A DNA stretch of 64,000 nt from Gnetum montanum. Taxonomy: Eukaryota; Plantae; Gnetophyta. Shown here piece after piece: positions 29,394-42,284 of this stretch. The notes under the pieces are model-generated. The model saw nothing but the letters and a program-made list of their open reading frames with translations, was not told the origin of the DNA and did not search any database. Location: assembly GCA_015680685.1 (NCBI GenBank), contig MNCI01003186.1:391068-455067 (forward strand). The letters run 5' to 3'. Numbering within the stretch: position 1 is the first letter of the stretch; the number at the start of each line of letters is the position of its first letter. The translations under genes and the position numbers were made by a program.

Positions 29394-30287
29394 TGATGAA
29401 GTGTTTAGTTGATATGTCGACTAGGCCACATTAATGAAGCCTTGTTGACATGGCCATGTTGATGTGACCTCATCAACGTATCTATCCATGTGTTAACGTG
29501 ACCCCATTAACATAGAGTCTATCTCTTGTTATAAATATGCATGTACCCGTAGCATTTATGGCATCTTTTGGGGTAGTTGTAGTCAAAATCTTACAATTTG
29601 TTCCTCTAAGAGTTAGAATATTTTCCAAGTACCCATAGTAGGTGTGAGAAAGGTGTACAAATATTTATTCAAGTGCTAATGGACTTGATCCCATTAGCGT
29701 GACCGAAAATAAAGATGACATTTTTGAGCATTCTTTGTAGCATTTGGATTTAATCACTTAAGCATTTTAATAGTTTAATATTTTAATGATTTAATAATTC
29801 TATAAGCTTTTATTGTTATCACTTTACTATTATTGTCCTTTCATATTTATGAGAACGATAGGCATGACCATCTTGAACATATATAAAACACTTGGTAACC
29901 TAGTGACGCTTAACGTCTGGTAGCCCAGTAGTGGTTAGGGTATGCTTAGGATGTGCATGGAAGATGGAATCAATTGCTTATGCTAGGGAGAGTTAAATGA
30001 TAGAGTAGAACAATTGTAATTTATACAAATTTCCATTTCCTATAATTAAAGAATTAGACTTTAAAAGATAAAAAGAAAACCAATAAAAATCATTTGCCTT
30101 AATATCACTTAACCACCACTTTAGAATATCACAAGTGAGGTTGGAAAGACAACTACTATTCTGACTAAGGTTTTTCTGGCTAGAGTTCGGTGTATGCAAG
30201 TGCTTGTAGTCTACGGAGTTCGACCGAGTCGTGCATGAACGCCCGTGATTTGTATGGTTGGGCGTAGGGGTACCTCGCCGCTCATGA
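29394..30287 (+). repeat. 3' LTR of element B
   Basis: TGATGAAGTG...CGCTCATGA, preceded by CTCAAGGATGA..TGTGGGGCTA. Confidence 0.93.
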
Positions 30288-30292
30288 AAGGT

Positions 30293-30640
30293 TGATTGAT
30301 GTATAGCTTCATGTACAATTTTATGTAAAATATTCATATTTACATGACCCTTATTGTACTCTTATGTACATGATGTTTATGTTTTTGTATACTGTGAGAG
30401 TAATACAAATTTTTGGTTTATATAGAAACATGTAGTTTGTGTATGCTTGGTCTTTGTTTTGACATGAATTTTCGAAAATTTTGATCTTGTAAGAGATATA
30501 TATGTATATATATACTGAGTGGTTTATTCTTAATGTATTTTCATGTAGTGCTAGTTTTGTTTCATGTTTCCCTTGTGTTATTACTAGCGATCTTAGGCAT
30601 CACTTTCTCCTACCCACATGTAGTAGGATGGGATGTTACA
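30293..30640 (+). mobile_element. 3' end of the host LTR interrupted by element B
   Basis: Continues the 16883-17045 sequence (compare the uninterrupted copy at 15935-16088) and ends GGGATGTTACA. Confidence 0.6.
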
Positions 30641-31482
30641 CTATCATTCCCAAGTTTTTTCTATGTGCTATTGTCATTGAGCTCCTGTTTCTTAATTTTT
30701 TCTTAGTTGGACCTAAATCCCTCTCATTTTATTTTATTTTAAATAATTTATGAGACCAAGGAAATCACTTATCATTAAGGGATTCAATTTCATTTTCTAG
30801 CCTTTGAGAAATTTGATATTTCTTCTGTCATAATAACTTTTTCTTCAATAACTAATTTTTTCAATAAACAAATTATCATCATTTCCAAACCAATAAGTGA
30901 AAAAAATTATTTTATTGTTCTAATCTTTAGAATGGTTCAAATACTTCTTAATTCACTTATTGCATCATCTATCAAATGTGCCTAGGTTGTAAATAGGCCT
31001 TTTTTTGAGGCCTATGCACTATGATGGATGAGGTAGTAAATGAGGTCATACAAGTATCTTTTATGGCTAAAATTAGTACATCTTAACTTTTCTTAATTTT
31101 GAAAATCAAAGGTTGGCCTCATCCCTATAAGCATTCTAAAGGGTTTTTCTTTAATCATATTATAATTTTCTTTTTCAAAGATGACATGTTAGGTATTCTC
31201 ATTAGGATACCAATTTTAGTTTTTAGCTATTTATTAGAGAAACCTTCTAAAGAATGAACTTGTTAAATATATTAAATTAATTCAAGACATGTATGAAAGA
31301 GTTACTAATATAATTAGAATACATGATGGAATCACATCTTATTTTCTAGTGGTAATAGGTCTAAATCATAAATATGTACTCAACAAGTGCTTATTTATTA
31401 TTTTTATGATTGAATTAATAAATGAAATACAAGATGAAATTCCTTAGTGCTTCTCCTAAAAGTGCATCCTAGGGGAGTCGGC

Positions 31483-31551
31483 CTACCTCCCCCTATATAT
31501 GTTGATTGTGCTAGGTTCTACCAAACCATCCTACATCCTTATAAATTTGGT
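31483..31551 (-). promoter_or_regulatory. rDNA spacer promoter (Pol I initiation motif TATATAGGGGG, +1 ~31494)
   Basis: Minus strand reads ACCAAATTTATAAGG...AACATATATAGGGGGAGGTAG, matching the plant Pol I start consensus. Confidence 0.7.
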
Positions 31552-34238
31552 CTCCAAGAGGGCATTCTCAAGAAGAGAACTCTTAGAGAGAGAGCACCAA
31601 GTAAGGGTACCCTCAAGGAGAATGCTCTCAAAGAGGGCCCCCTCAGGGAGAACACTCTCACATGCATAGTGCAAGGCACTCTCACTAAGGTTTCTCTCAT
31701 AGAGACTACTCTAAGTAAGGGTGCTATCAAGGAGACTACTTTAAGTGAGGGTGCTCTTAGGGAGAACGCTCTCAGGGAAGGTACTCTTAAGAAGGCCACT
31801 CTAATGAAGGGCACTCTCAAGGAGGAAGCTCTAATGGAGGGCACTCTCAAGGAGGATGCTCTCAGGGAGAATGCTCTTAGGGAGGGTGATCTCACAAAGA
31901 ACACTCTTAATAAGGACACTCGTAGGGAGGGCATTCTCAAAGAGGGCATCCTCAGGGAGCACACTCTTAGGAAGGGCACTCTCTAAGAGAACACACCCAA
32001 CAATGATGATCTTAAGTAGAAAACTCTTGTGTGTGTATTGTAAGGTGCTCTCAAGGAGAGCACTCTCAAAGAGGCTACTCTAACAAAGGACACTCTTTGG
32101 GAGGGTGCTCTCTGAGAGAATGCTCTCAATGAGGGTGCTCTTGAGGAGAACACTCTCACATGTATAGCACAAGGGGATCTCAGGGATAACACTCTTAGGT
32201 TGGCCAATCTAATGGAGGGTGCTCTCAGTGAGAACACTCTTAGGAAGGGTGCTCTTGGGAAGGATGTCCTTAGGAAGATCACACTTAGGGAGGGCACTCT
32301 CAGGGAGGGCGCTCTCCATGAGAACTCTCTCAATGAGGGAAATCTCAAGGAGAACACTCTCACATGCATAGCGTAAGGCACTCTGATGGAGGGTGCTCTC
32401 AAGGAGAATGCTCTCAAGAAGGGTGCTCTCAAGAAAAATGCTCTCTAGAAGGTCATTCTAAAGGAGGGTGATCTCAAGGAGAAGGCTCTTGGGGATGGTG
32501 CTCTCAAGGAGGGTACTCTCATGGAGAACACTTTTAAGGAGGACAATCTCAACAGGGGCATCCTCAGGGAGACTACTCTCAAGGAGGACATTCTCAAGGA
32601 GGGCACTCTTAGGGAAGGCACTATCCTAGAGAACACTCTCAATGAGGGTGCTCTCAAGGAGAACACTGTCATGTGCATAGCACAAGATGATATCATGGAC
32701 AATGCTCTCTTGGAGGCACTCTCAAGGAGAATGCTCTCAGGGAGGCCACTCTAATAGAGGGCACCCTTAGGGAGAATGCTCTCAGGGAGCACACTCTTAG
32801 GGAGCACACTCTCCAAGAGAATGCTCTCAACGAGGGTGCTCTAGGAAGAACATTCCTAGGGAGGGTGTTCTCAGGGAGGGAACTCTTCAGAAGGCTACTC
32901 TAATGGAGGGCACTCTCAAGGAGGGCGATCTCACAAAAAACTCTTGAGGAGGATTTTCTTGAGAAGGGTGTCCTTAGGGAGACCTCTCTCAAGGAGGAAA
33001 TTCTCAAGGAGGGCACTATTAGGTAGGGTGCTCTCTGAGAGAATGCTCTTAATGAGGGGACTCTCAAGGAGAACACTCTCATGTGCATAGCACAAGGTGC
33101 TCTCATGGAGAATGCTCTCATGGAGGATGCTCTCATGGAGGATGCTCTTAAGGATAACACTCTTAGAGAAGTCACTCTAATGAGGGGCGCTGTTAGGGAG
33201 AACACTCTTGGGTAGGGTACTCTTCGAGAGAATGCTCTCAATGAAGGCACTCCCAGGAGAATGCTCCCGAGGAGGGCATCCTCAGGGAGGGATCTCTTCA
33301 AGATAATGCTCTTAATGATGGCACTCTTGAGGAGAACACTCACATGTGTGTAGTGAAAAGTGCTTCCACAGACAATGCTCTCAGGGAGGGCACTCTCAAG
33401 GAGAACTCTCTCAGGGGGGCCACTCTAATGGAGGGTGCTATTAGGGATAACACTCTTAGGGAGGGTGCTCTTAGGGAGAATGCTCTCAAGGAGGGCATGC
33501 TCCAAAATAATTTTCTAAATGAGGGTGCTCTCAAGGAGAACACTCTCACATTTCTACCACAAGGTGCTCTTGGCAAGGGCACTCTCAAGGAGGGTGTCGT
33601 AAAGGAGACCGCTCTCGGGTAGGGCACTCTCTAAGAAAACACTCTCATGTTCATAGTGCAAAGTACTCTGAGGGAGGGCACTCTAAATGGAGGATGCTCT
33701 TAGGGAGAATGCTCTTAATGAGGAAACTCTCTAAGAAAATGCTCTTAATGAGGATGCTCTCTAGGAGAACACTCTTAAGGAGGGTGCTCTCAAGGAGAAT
33801 GTTGTTAGGGAGAATACTTTCAAGAAGAATGTTCTCATGAAGGACACTCTCATAGAGAGTGCACTCACATTGAGCATGCTAAGAGAGAGAGATTTCATGG
33901 AGAACACTCTCAAGGAGGGGATTCTTAGGGAGAACACTCTCTAAGAGAATGTTTTCAGGGAGGGCACTCTCAGGGAGAGCACTCTTTGAGAGAATACTCT
34001 CAACAAGGGCTCTCTCATGGAGAATGACCACAAATGTGTAATGCAAGGCTCTCTCATGGAGGATGCTTGTAGAGATAACACCATCACATGCATAGTGTGA
34101 GGCACTCCTAGGGACAGCACTCTCACAAGCATTGCATGAGGTGCTCTCATGAGAGTACTCTTACCAACGTAGCTATGTGAGGTGCTCCGATGGAGAGAAC
34201 TCTCATGAGAGTACCATGTTGTGCTCCTAGGGATAATT
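31552..34238. repeat. rDNA IGS 15-bp minisatellite array (GAGGGCACTCTCAAG / GAGAACACTCTCAGG)
   Basis: Obvious 15-bp periodicity, with recurrent ACATGCATAGCACAAGG punctuation. Translates as pseudo-pentapeptide repeats. Confidence 0.92.
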
Positions 34239-35222
34239 CTACCTCTCCCCATATATGTTGACTAGGCCAAGTTTTGCCAAACTATCTTGCACCCTTATAA
34301 ATCTAGTCCCAAGGGTCTATTTGGCCAACCATCGAGCCCGAGGGTCCGTTTTGCCTACAATTGGTCATGAGGGTCCATTTGGCTAACAGTTGGTTATGAG
34401 GGTTTGTTTGGCCAACACTTGGTCCTAAGGGAGAGTGCTCTCACAAGCATAGCTATGTGAGGTGCTCCAATGGAAAGCACTCTCACAAGAGCACCATTTG
34501 GTGCTCCTCGGAAGAACACTACCTTTCCCCATATATGTTGATTAGGCCAGGTTCTACTAAACCATCCTACATCCTTATAAATTTTGTCCCAAGGGTTTGT
34601 TTGGCCAACCATCGATCTTGAGGGTCCGTTTTGCCTACAATTGGTTGTGAGGGTCCATTTGGCCAACACTTGGTCATGAGGGTTTATTTGGCCAACACTT
34701 GGTCCCAAGGGAGAGCACTCTCACAAGCACTACATGAGGTGCTCTTGTGAGAGCACTCTTGCAAGTGTAGCTATGCGAGGTGCTTCAATGGAGAGCACTC
34801 TCATGAGAGCACCATGCAGTGCTTCTAGGGAGAACACGCCTCTCCCCATATATGTTGATTGGACCAGGTTTTGCTAAACCATTCTACATCCTTATAAATT
34901 TGGTCTCAAGGGTCTGTTGGGGTAACTGTCAATCTTGAGGGTTTATTTTACCTATAATTGATTGCAAGGGTCCATTCGGCCAAAACTTGGTCATGAGGGT
35001 CTGTTTGGCTAACACATGATCCCGAGGGAGAGTGCTCTTGCAAGAGCTGCATTAGGCGCTCTCGTGAGAGCGATCTTGCTAGAATAGATATGCAAGGTGC
35101 TTTGATGGATAGCACTCTTGCAAGAGTGTTGTGCAGTGCTCTCAGGGAGAACGCTACCTCTCCCCATATATGTTGATTTGGCCAGGTTTCACCATATCAT
35201 CCTGCACCCTTATAAATTTGGT
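34239..35222 (-). promoter_or_regulatory. Four tandem spacer-promoter modules (34239, 34519, 34839, 35154) in ~280-320-bp higher-order repeats
   Basis: Each reads on + as CCTCTCCCCATATATGTTGA..CCATC..CCTTATAAAT..GTC, i.e. TATATGGGGAGAGG on the minus strand. Confidence 0.7.
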
Positions 35223-37960
35223 CTTGAGTGTCTGTTGGACCAACCATTGGTCTCAAGGGTTCATTTTTCCTACAATTGGTTATTTGTCCAACACTTGGTC
35301 TCGAGGGTCCGTGTGGCCAACGCTTTGTCTAGTGGGTCCATTGGATCAACCCTTGGTTTTGAGGGTCCATTTTGCCAACATTTGGTCCCAAGGATCTGTT
35401 TGGCTAACACTTAGACTCGAGGGTCTATTTCGCCAACACTCAGTCCTGAGGGTTCGTTTTGTCTATACAGTTGGTCCCAAGGATGAGTTTGGCCAATACT
35501 TGATCCCAAGGGTCTATTGGGCCAACCTTTGATCCTAAGGGTCTATTTTGCATACAGTTGGTCCTAAGGGTCCATTTGGCCAACACTTGATCTTGAGGGT
35601 TCATTTGGCCAATACTTGGTCATGAGGGTCCATTTGGCCAACACTTGGTTCCAAGGGTTCGTTTTGCTAACATTTGGTCCGAATGATCTATTTGGCTAAC
35701 ACTTGAACTCGAAGGTCTCTTTCATGAACACTTCATCCTAAGGGTCCATTCTACCTATACAATTAATCCCAATGGTGAGTTTGGCCAACACTTGATCCCA
35801 AGGGTTTATTGGACCAACCTTTGATCCTGAGGATCTTTTTTGCATATAGTTGGTCCTGAGTATCCATCTAGCCAACACTTGGTCTCGAGGCAATATTGGG
35901 CCAACCCTTGGTTCATGTGGCCAACACTTGGTCTTGAGGGTCCATTCGGCTGAACCTTGGTCACATGGGACTGTGTGGCCAACACTTGGTTGGTCTTGAG
36001 GGTCTATTTTACCTACAGCTAGTCCCAAGAATTTGTTAGTCGAGCCATTGGTCCCAAGGGACCTTTTGGAAAATGGTTAATCCCAGGGATCCATTTGGCC
36101 AACACTTGGTCCTGAGGGTCCATTGGGCAAACCCTTGGTCCAGAAGGTCCATTTTGCCTACACTTGGCCTCGAGGGTCCATTGCGTCAACACTTGGTATC
36201 GAGGGTTTGTTGGGCCAACCCTTGGTCTTGATGGTCTATGTGGCCAACACTTTGTTCAGAGGGTCTATTGGGTCAACCATTTGTTCCTAAGGGTCCATTT
36301 GGATAGCATATGGTCCTGAGGGTTCGTTTTGCCTATAGTTAGCCCTAAGGGTCTATTGGGCCAAACCTCAGTCTTGAGGGTCCATGTGGCCAACACTTGG
36401 TTGGTCCAAAGGAGCTGTTTTTCCTACAGTTGGTCTTGAGGGTTTGTTAGATGAGTGGTTGGCCATGAGGGTCTATTTTGCCCATAGTGAACCCTAAGGG
36501 TCTATTTGGCCAATAGTTGGTCTCGAGGATCCATTTTTCCAACCCATGCTCCACCATACCATCTTGCATCCTTATAAATTTGGTCCCAAGGGTATGAGGC
36601 TTCAACACTTGGTGCTGAGGGTTCATTTTGCCTACAATCAGCCCCAAGGGATCTGTTGGACTAAACCTTAGTGCTGATGGTCCATGTGGCTAACACTTTA
36701 TCCCAATGGTTTGTTGGATCAACCTTTGGTCCCAAGGGTCCATTTGGAAAACATTCGGTCTCAAGGGTCCATTTTGCATACCACTTGGTCCTAAGGGTCC
36801 CTTTTGCCAATGTTTTCTCCCAAGGGTCTATGTGGCCAACACTTTGTCTAGAGGGTCTGTGTTGACTACAGTTGGTCCTGAGGGTTCATTTAGCCAACCC
36901 TCAGTCTTGAGGGTCCATGTGGCCAACACTTTGTCTCAAGGGTTCATTTTTCCAACGATTGGTCCTAGGGATCCATTTGGCCAACCCTTGGTCCCGAGGG
37001 CCTATTTCCCCAACACTTGGTCCTGAGGGTCTATTTTGGCAATACTTGATCCCGAGGATTCCATGTCATCAACACTTGGTCCCAAGGGCCCATCTGGCCA
37101 ACATTTGGTCCATTTGGGCAACACTTGGTTCCAAGGCTCCATTAGGCCAAACATTGGTCATGAGGGACCATGGGACCAACCAACACTTAGTTGGTCTTGA
37201 GGGTCTATTTTGCCTATAGTTGGTCCCAAGGGTCCATTTTACCAACCTAGGCTTTTCCATACCATCCTGCACCCTTATAAATTTGGTCCTGAGGGTCAAT
37301 TTTACCTACACTTGGTGCCGAGGGTTCATTTTGGCCAACACTTAGCCCTGAGGGTCTATTTGGCCAACCCTTGGTCCCAAGGGGTCAATGTGGCCAACAT
37401 AATGTTTTAAGGGTCTATTGGATGAACCCTTGGTCTTGAGTGTCTATTTGGCCAACATTTGATCTCGAGGATATGTCTGGCCAACCCTTGATCCTGAGGG
37501 CCTATCTAGCTAACCCTTGATCCCGGGGGTCCATTTTTCCAACCTAGGCTCCACCACATCGTCCTAAACCCTTATAAATATGGTCCTGAGGATCCATTTA
37601 TTCAACAGTTGGTGTCGAGGGTCAATTGAGCCAACCCTTGGTCCCAAGCATCCATTGGGTCAACCCTTGGTCCCAAGGATCTATTAGGCCAGCCCTTAGT
37701 ATCAAGGGTCTCTGTTCGGGTGAAAAATTAATCCTAAGGATCCATTTGGCCAACACTGGCTGCAAGGGTCCATTTTGCCAACCCAGGCTCCACCATACCC
37801 ATCCTACACCCCTATAAATTTGGTCACGGGGGTCCGTCAAGCCAATCCTTTAGTTCCTATGGGTGCATTTGGCCTATAGTTGGTCTAGAGGGTTAATTCG
37901 GCCAACACTTGGTCTTGGGGGTCTGTTGGGTTTACCCTTTGACTTCGGAGGATCTTTTTC
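35223..37960. repeat. rDNA IGS 29-bp subrepeat array (CCAACACTTGGTCCCAAGGGTCCATTTGG)
   Basis: 29-bp periodicity, with embedded truncated promoter modules near 36550, 37255, 37550 and 37790. Confidence 0.92.
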
Positions 37961-38413
37961 TTTAGCCAATGCTTGAGAGCTTTAGTGAGTTGGTCATGGT
38001 TGAAAGCTGGAACCTCATGATCGTCAATAGTATTGCATGCAAATAATATCCGTCAGTTGTGATCTCCACTCTGTGTAACCTCACAGGCAAGGGACATTCC
38101 CTGCCAATGATGCGAATGAACAAAGTCCCACATCAAGGTGAGGTTCCTGATCATGTGATCAAAAATATATTTAGATTCAAATGTTTTCACCTAGGATTTG
38201 ACGCAGAAGAAGGGGACTACATATGCATGTGTGTGTGTGTAATATATATGCCCAAGAAGGGGGAGACACCACCCATCTCTCAAAAAAAATGCATGGCTGC
38301 TATCCCTAGACCCCCTTGAGATAATGATTTCAGTGGGATGGAACATGGCCAAGCATCTATGGAGAAAAAGCAAAAGAAGGCCTAAAGAAGAGGAAGAGGG
38401 AAAGACAATGATC
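37960..38413 (-). other. 3' ETS / terminator region of rDNA unit 1
   Basis: Immediately downstream of 25S; pyrimidine-rich on the transcribed strand (38365-38410); homologous to 61446-61815. Confidence 0.65.
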
Positions 38414-41400
38414 ACGAATCTCAACAATAAGGGGCTGAATCTTAGTGGATCATGGTAGCAAGGCCAGTCTGCCACTTATAATACCCCATTGTGTATTTAA
38501 GTCATCTACAAAGGATTCTTCTCATCAATCACTTGAAATGAAATTACATGGCCCCCAGTGCCCCACCATGCAGGTAGGACCAGGGGGTACCATCAACACA
38601 TGCCAATGGAAGCAACGAAGCCACCCCTACCATGGATCATGTAACAACTAACAAGGAAAGAGGCATCACCTCTAGAATGGATTCTAACTTAGAGGCATTT
38701 AGTCATAATCTAACACATTGTAGCTTTGTGTCACTAGCTTTTCAACCAAGCACAATGACCAATTGTGTGAATCAACGATTCCTCTCGCAATAAGTTGAAT
38801 TACTATCGCGACATGCATCATTAGTAGGGTAAAACTAACCTTTCTCATGATGGTCTAAACCTAGCTCATGTTCCCTATTGGTGGTTGAACAATCTAACAC
38901 TTGGTGAATTCTACTTCACAATGATAGGAAGAACCAACATTGAAGGATCAAAAAGCAATGTTGCTATGAACGCTTGGCTACCACAAGCCAGTTATCCCTA
39001 TGGTAACTTTTTTGACACCTCTAGCTTCAAATTCCAAAGATCTAAAGGATTGATAGGCCATGCTTTCACAGTTTTTATTCATACTAAAAATTAAAATAAA
39101 ATGAGCATTTACCCTTTTGTTCCACATGAGATTTCTATTCTTGTTGATCTCATCTTAGGACACCTACGTTATCTTTTAACAGATGTGCCATCCTAGCCAA
39201 ACTCCCCACCTAACACTATCTTCCATGTGGATCAATGCACCAAGGGGCATCTTGGGTCCAAAAGCAAGGGTTGTGCCCCATTTCTAACCAACGGGGTAAG
39301 TAAAATAATGTTAAAAGTAGTGGTATTTCATTTGTTCCATGAGTGACTCCCACTTATGCTACATCTCTTAAGTCATTTCAAAAAGTCAGACTAGAGTCAA
39401 GCTCAAGAGGGTCTTCCTTTCCCGTTGATTCTACCAAGCCCATTCCCTTGGCTGTGGTTTCACTAGATAGTAGGTAAAAATAGTGGGAATCTTGTTAATT
39501 CATTCATGCACTTCACTAATTAGATGACGAGGTAGTTGGCTACCTTAAGAGAGTCATAGTTACTCTTGCTGTTTACCCATGCTTGGTTGAATTTCTTCAC
39601 TTTGACATTCAAAGCATTGGGCAAAAATCATATTGTGGGACCATCACAATGCTTTGTTTTAATTAAATAGTTAGATTCCCCTTGTTTGAGCTAGTTCTAA
39701 GTTGTTTGATCGTTGCCTAGGAAAAGCCCTCCCCTGTGGAGGTGGGAGGGCACTCTACATCTGTCACCTGATCGGCACGCGAGGGCCTACCATTGCCATA
39801 GAAGTGGCTCAAGTAGGTCCTTGACAACTTGCGGGTTTAGGGCATAGACCCCTAGGCCCAACCCTTAGAGCCAATCCTTTTCCCAAAGTTACAAATCCAT
39901 TTTTCTAACTTCCCTTACCTGCATTATTCTATGGACCGGAAGTTTTTCACCTTGGAGACCTAATGCTCATATGAGTATGACCGAGCATGAATGGTACTTA
40001 GTTCTCTGAATTTTTAGGGGCCACTAAGGGTGCACTAAACACTGAAGGATGTGCGATGCTCTTCTAGCCACTAGAACCTCTCTCTGGTTGAGCCAATTTT
40101 AGGGTGGGTAGGCTGTTAAAAAGAAAAGAAGACTCTTCCTAGGGCCCTCACCGGTGTCTTCGAATTCCCTAACATTACCATCTACTGCCATGTTCAATTT
40201 AGGAATGTTAACTTGATTTCCTTTTGAGATCTTATGTGGAGTGCACCCATTAAAAGGGGCTCCCTCATCTCTTAGGATAGACTAACCCATGTACAAATGC
40301 TATTCACATGGAACCTTTATTCACATTAGTCTTTAAAGTTCTCATTTGAATATTTGCTACTACCACCAAGATCTGCATTGGGAGCCACTCCACCTGGGAT
40401 CATGCCCTAGGCCTTGCAATGACCCCTACATCCTCCTACTCATCAAGGCTTGGCACTTACCCTAACGGCCGAGCGTAGGTTATGTGCTTAAGCACCATCG
40501 ATTTGGTAGGTGAGTTGTTACACATTCCTTAGTAGATTTTAACTTCCATGACCACTGTCCTACTATCTTAATCAACTAACATCATTTGTGGGTTTTGGGT
40601 TAGTGTGTAGTTAGGTATTGTAGCTCAACTTTCGGTTCAGCCTGCATCACCAGTTCTGCTTACCAAAAAGGCCTGCTTGGAGCTCTCTATTTGTTGATGT
40701 GGCTCATCGAGCTAGCCGCGCCATATTACCTATTTAAAGTTTGAGAATAGGTCAAGGGTGTTGCGCCCCAATGCCTCTAATCATTTTCTTTACCTGATAA
40801 AAATCGAGAATGTGAGCTCTAGCTATCCTAAGGAAAACTTCGAAGGAAACCAACTACTAGATGATTCGATTAGTCTTTTGCCCCTATACCCAGGTCAGAC
40901 GAATGATTTGCATATTAGTATTGCAATGAGCCTCCACCAAAGTTTCCTTTGGCTTCATCCTACTCAGGCATATTTTATCATCTTTTAGGTTCTAACAGGA
41001 ATGCTCTCACTCAAACCCTTTTCAACAAGATTAAGGTTTGTGGATGGTGCTCCATGCCTACATAGGGATCTTGCCTTTTAGCTTCCTTGCACTATGCGGG
41101 TTTCCAAACCTGAAAACACACACACACATGTTAGACTCCTTGGTCCATGTTTTAAGATGGGTTGAATGGAAAGCCCATAGAATCTATATCCTGAGCACAT
41201 AGGTGTTGTAGGACCTACCCCTCAAAGGGGTGTGTGCTTGGACCCTTGACTATTGCAGTGGCAACACATGCATAGCCAGCTACACACACTTGTGCCATGA
41301 CACTGACCCACATGGACTCGCCTCCCGAACCGAGCGATAGACTAAAGCATACATGATCCACTCCATGTCTTAATAGGAAGAAATATTGGCTTCCATTCTC

Positions 41401-41429
41401 TTCTATTTTGACAATTTCAAGTACTTTTA

Positions 41430-41463
<34 letters not shown>

Positions 41464-41820
41464 ATGGTACTTATTCGCTATCAGTCTCTCATGCATATTT
41501 AGCCTTGGATGGAATTTACCACCCACTTAGGGCTGCATTCCCAAATAACTTGACTCATTGATAGTGCCTTGTAATGTAATAGGGCCCAAGCCCAATGGCG
41601 CTATCACCCTCTCTAGTGCCCCATTCTAGGGGACTTAGGCTTGATTCACCACAGGGGACACTTCGGCAAACTACAATTTGAGTAGTGACCACCACTAAAT
41701 TTTCATACTGGGCTATTCCCGATTCACTTGCCATTACTAGGGGAATCCTTGTAAGTTTCTCTTCCTCTACTTAGTTATATGCTTAAACTTGATAAGTACC
41801 CTCACCTGAATTGGGGTCAC
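38414..41820 (-). rRNA. 25S/26S rRNA pseudogene (near full length)
   Basis: Reverse complement of plant LSU rRNA throughout (e.g. GGGTAAAACTAACC, TTGGCTACCTTAAGAGAGTCATAGTTACT, TATGCTTAAACT). Many transitions; deletions near 39633 and 40500. Confidence 0.97.
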
Positions 41821-42126
41821 TACGAAGAGGAAGCATCACCCATCCTATGGATGATGCAAAGGAGGATCATTATTCCTCGAAATTTCTGGCCACATGGTCC
41901 TACATTGCACTAAAGGAGAAGGGTGGGGAAGGGGGGGGGGCAACATACCTTATGCATGTTTGATACAGGAAACATAGAGACTACCACAACCATCCATTGC
42001 ACCATTTGGGAAGAAGTGAGAAAACACAAACACTAGCAACTTTCAACTGACATCACCTCGGGAGACATAGACAACCACATCCGTTGCCCCCTCACACAAG
42101 GCGAAGAGGGCATGCCATAGGATCTT
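41821..42126 (-). other. ITS2 (~305 bp)
   Basis: Lies between the 25S 5' end and the 5.8S 3' end. Confidence 0.85.
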
Positions 42127-42284
42127 CATGACACCCAAGTAGATGTGCCCTTGACCTAGGCCTTAGGTGCAACTTTCATTCAAATATTTGATGATTCATG
42201 GGATTCTACAATTCACACAAAGTATCACATTTTACTACATTCTTCATTGAAATGAGAGCTAAGATATCCATTGTTGAGAGTTGT
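42127..42284 (-). rRNA. 5.8S rRNA pseudogene
   Basis: GGGATTCTACAATTCACACAAAGTATCACATTT..TTCTTCATTGA..AGATATCCATTG is a transition-eroded reverse complement of 5.8S. Confidence 0.95.

Larger units (their letters stand above)
17046..30287 (+). mobile_element. Full-length Athila-like Ty3/Gypsy LTR retrotransposon with extra 3' ORF, decayed (element B)
   Basis: LTRs 17046-17932 and 29394-30287; perfect 5-bp TSD AAGGT (17041-17045, 30288-30292); PBS; complete pol domain set; extra ORF. Confidence 0.95.

Noticed and set aside
31447-33627. ORFs resembling pentapeptide-repeat proteins (ENALK/EGTLR)n, also at 54060-57091
   Set aside because: Artefact of a 15-bp minisatellite in the rDNA spacer: open on both strands, with frequent stops and frameshifts.
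35223-37960. CRISPR-like 29-bp repeats
   Set aside because: Contiguous tandem monomers without unique spacers, no cas genes, eukaryotic rDNA context.
39530-39560. Possible R2/R1 non-LTR insertion at the canonical LSU target
   Set aside because: The site TTGGCTACCTTAAGAGAG is uninterrupted.
38885-41526. ORFs overlapping 25S (38885-39094, 40758-40988, 41215-41526)
   Set aside because: Incidental rRNA-derived frames.
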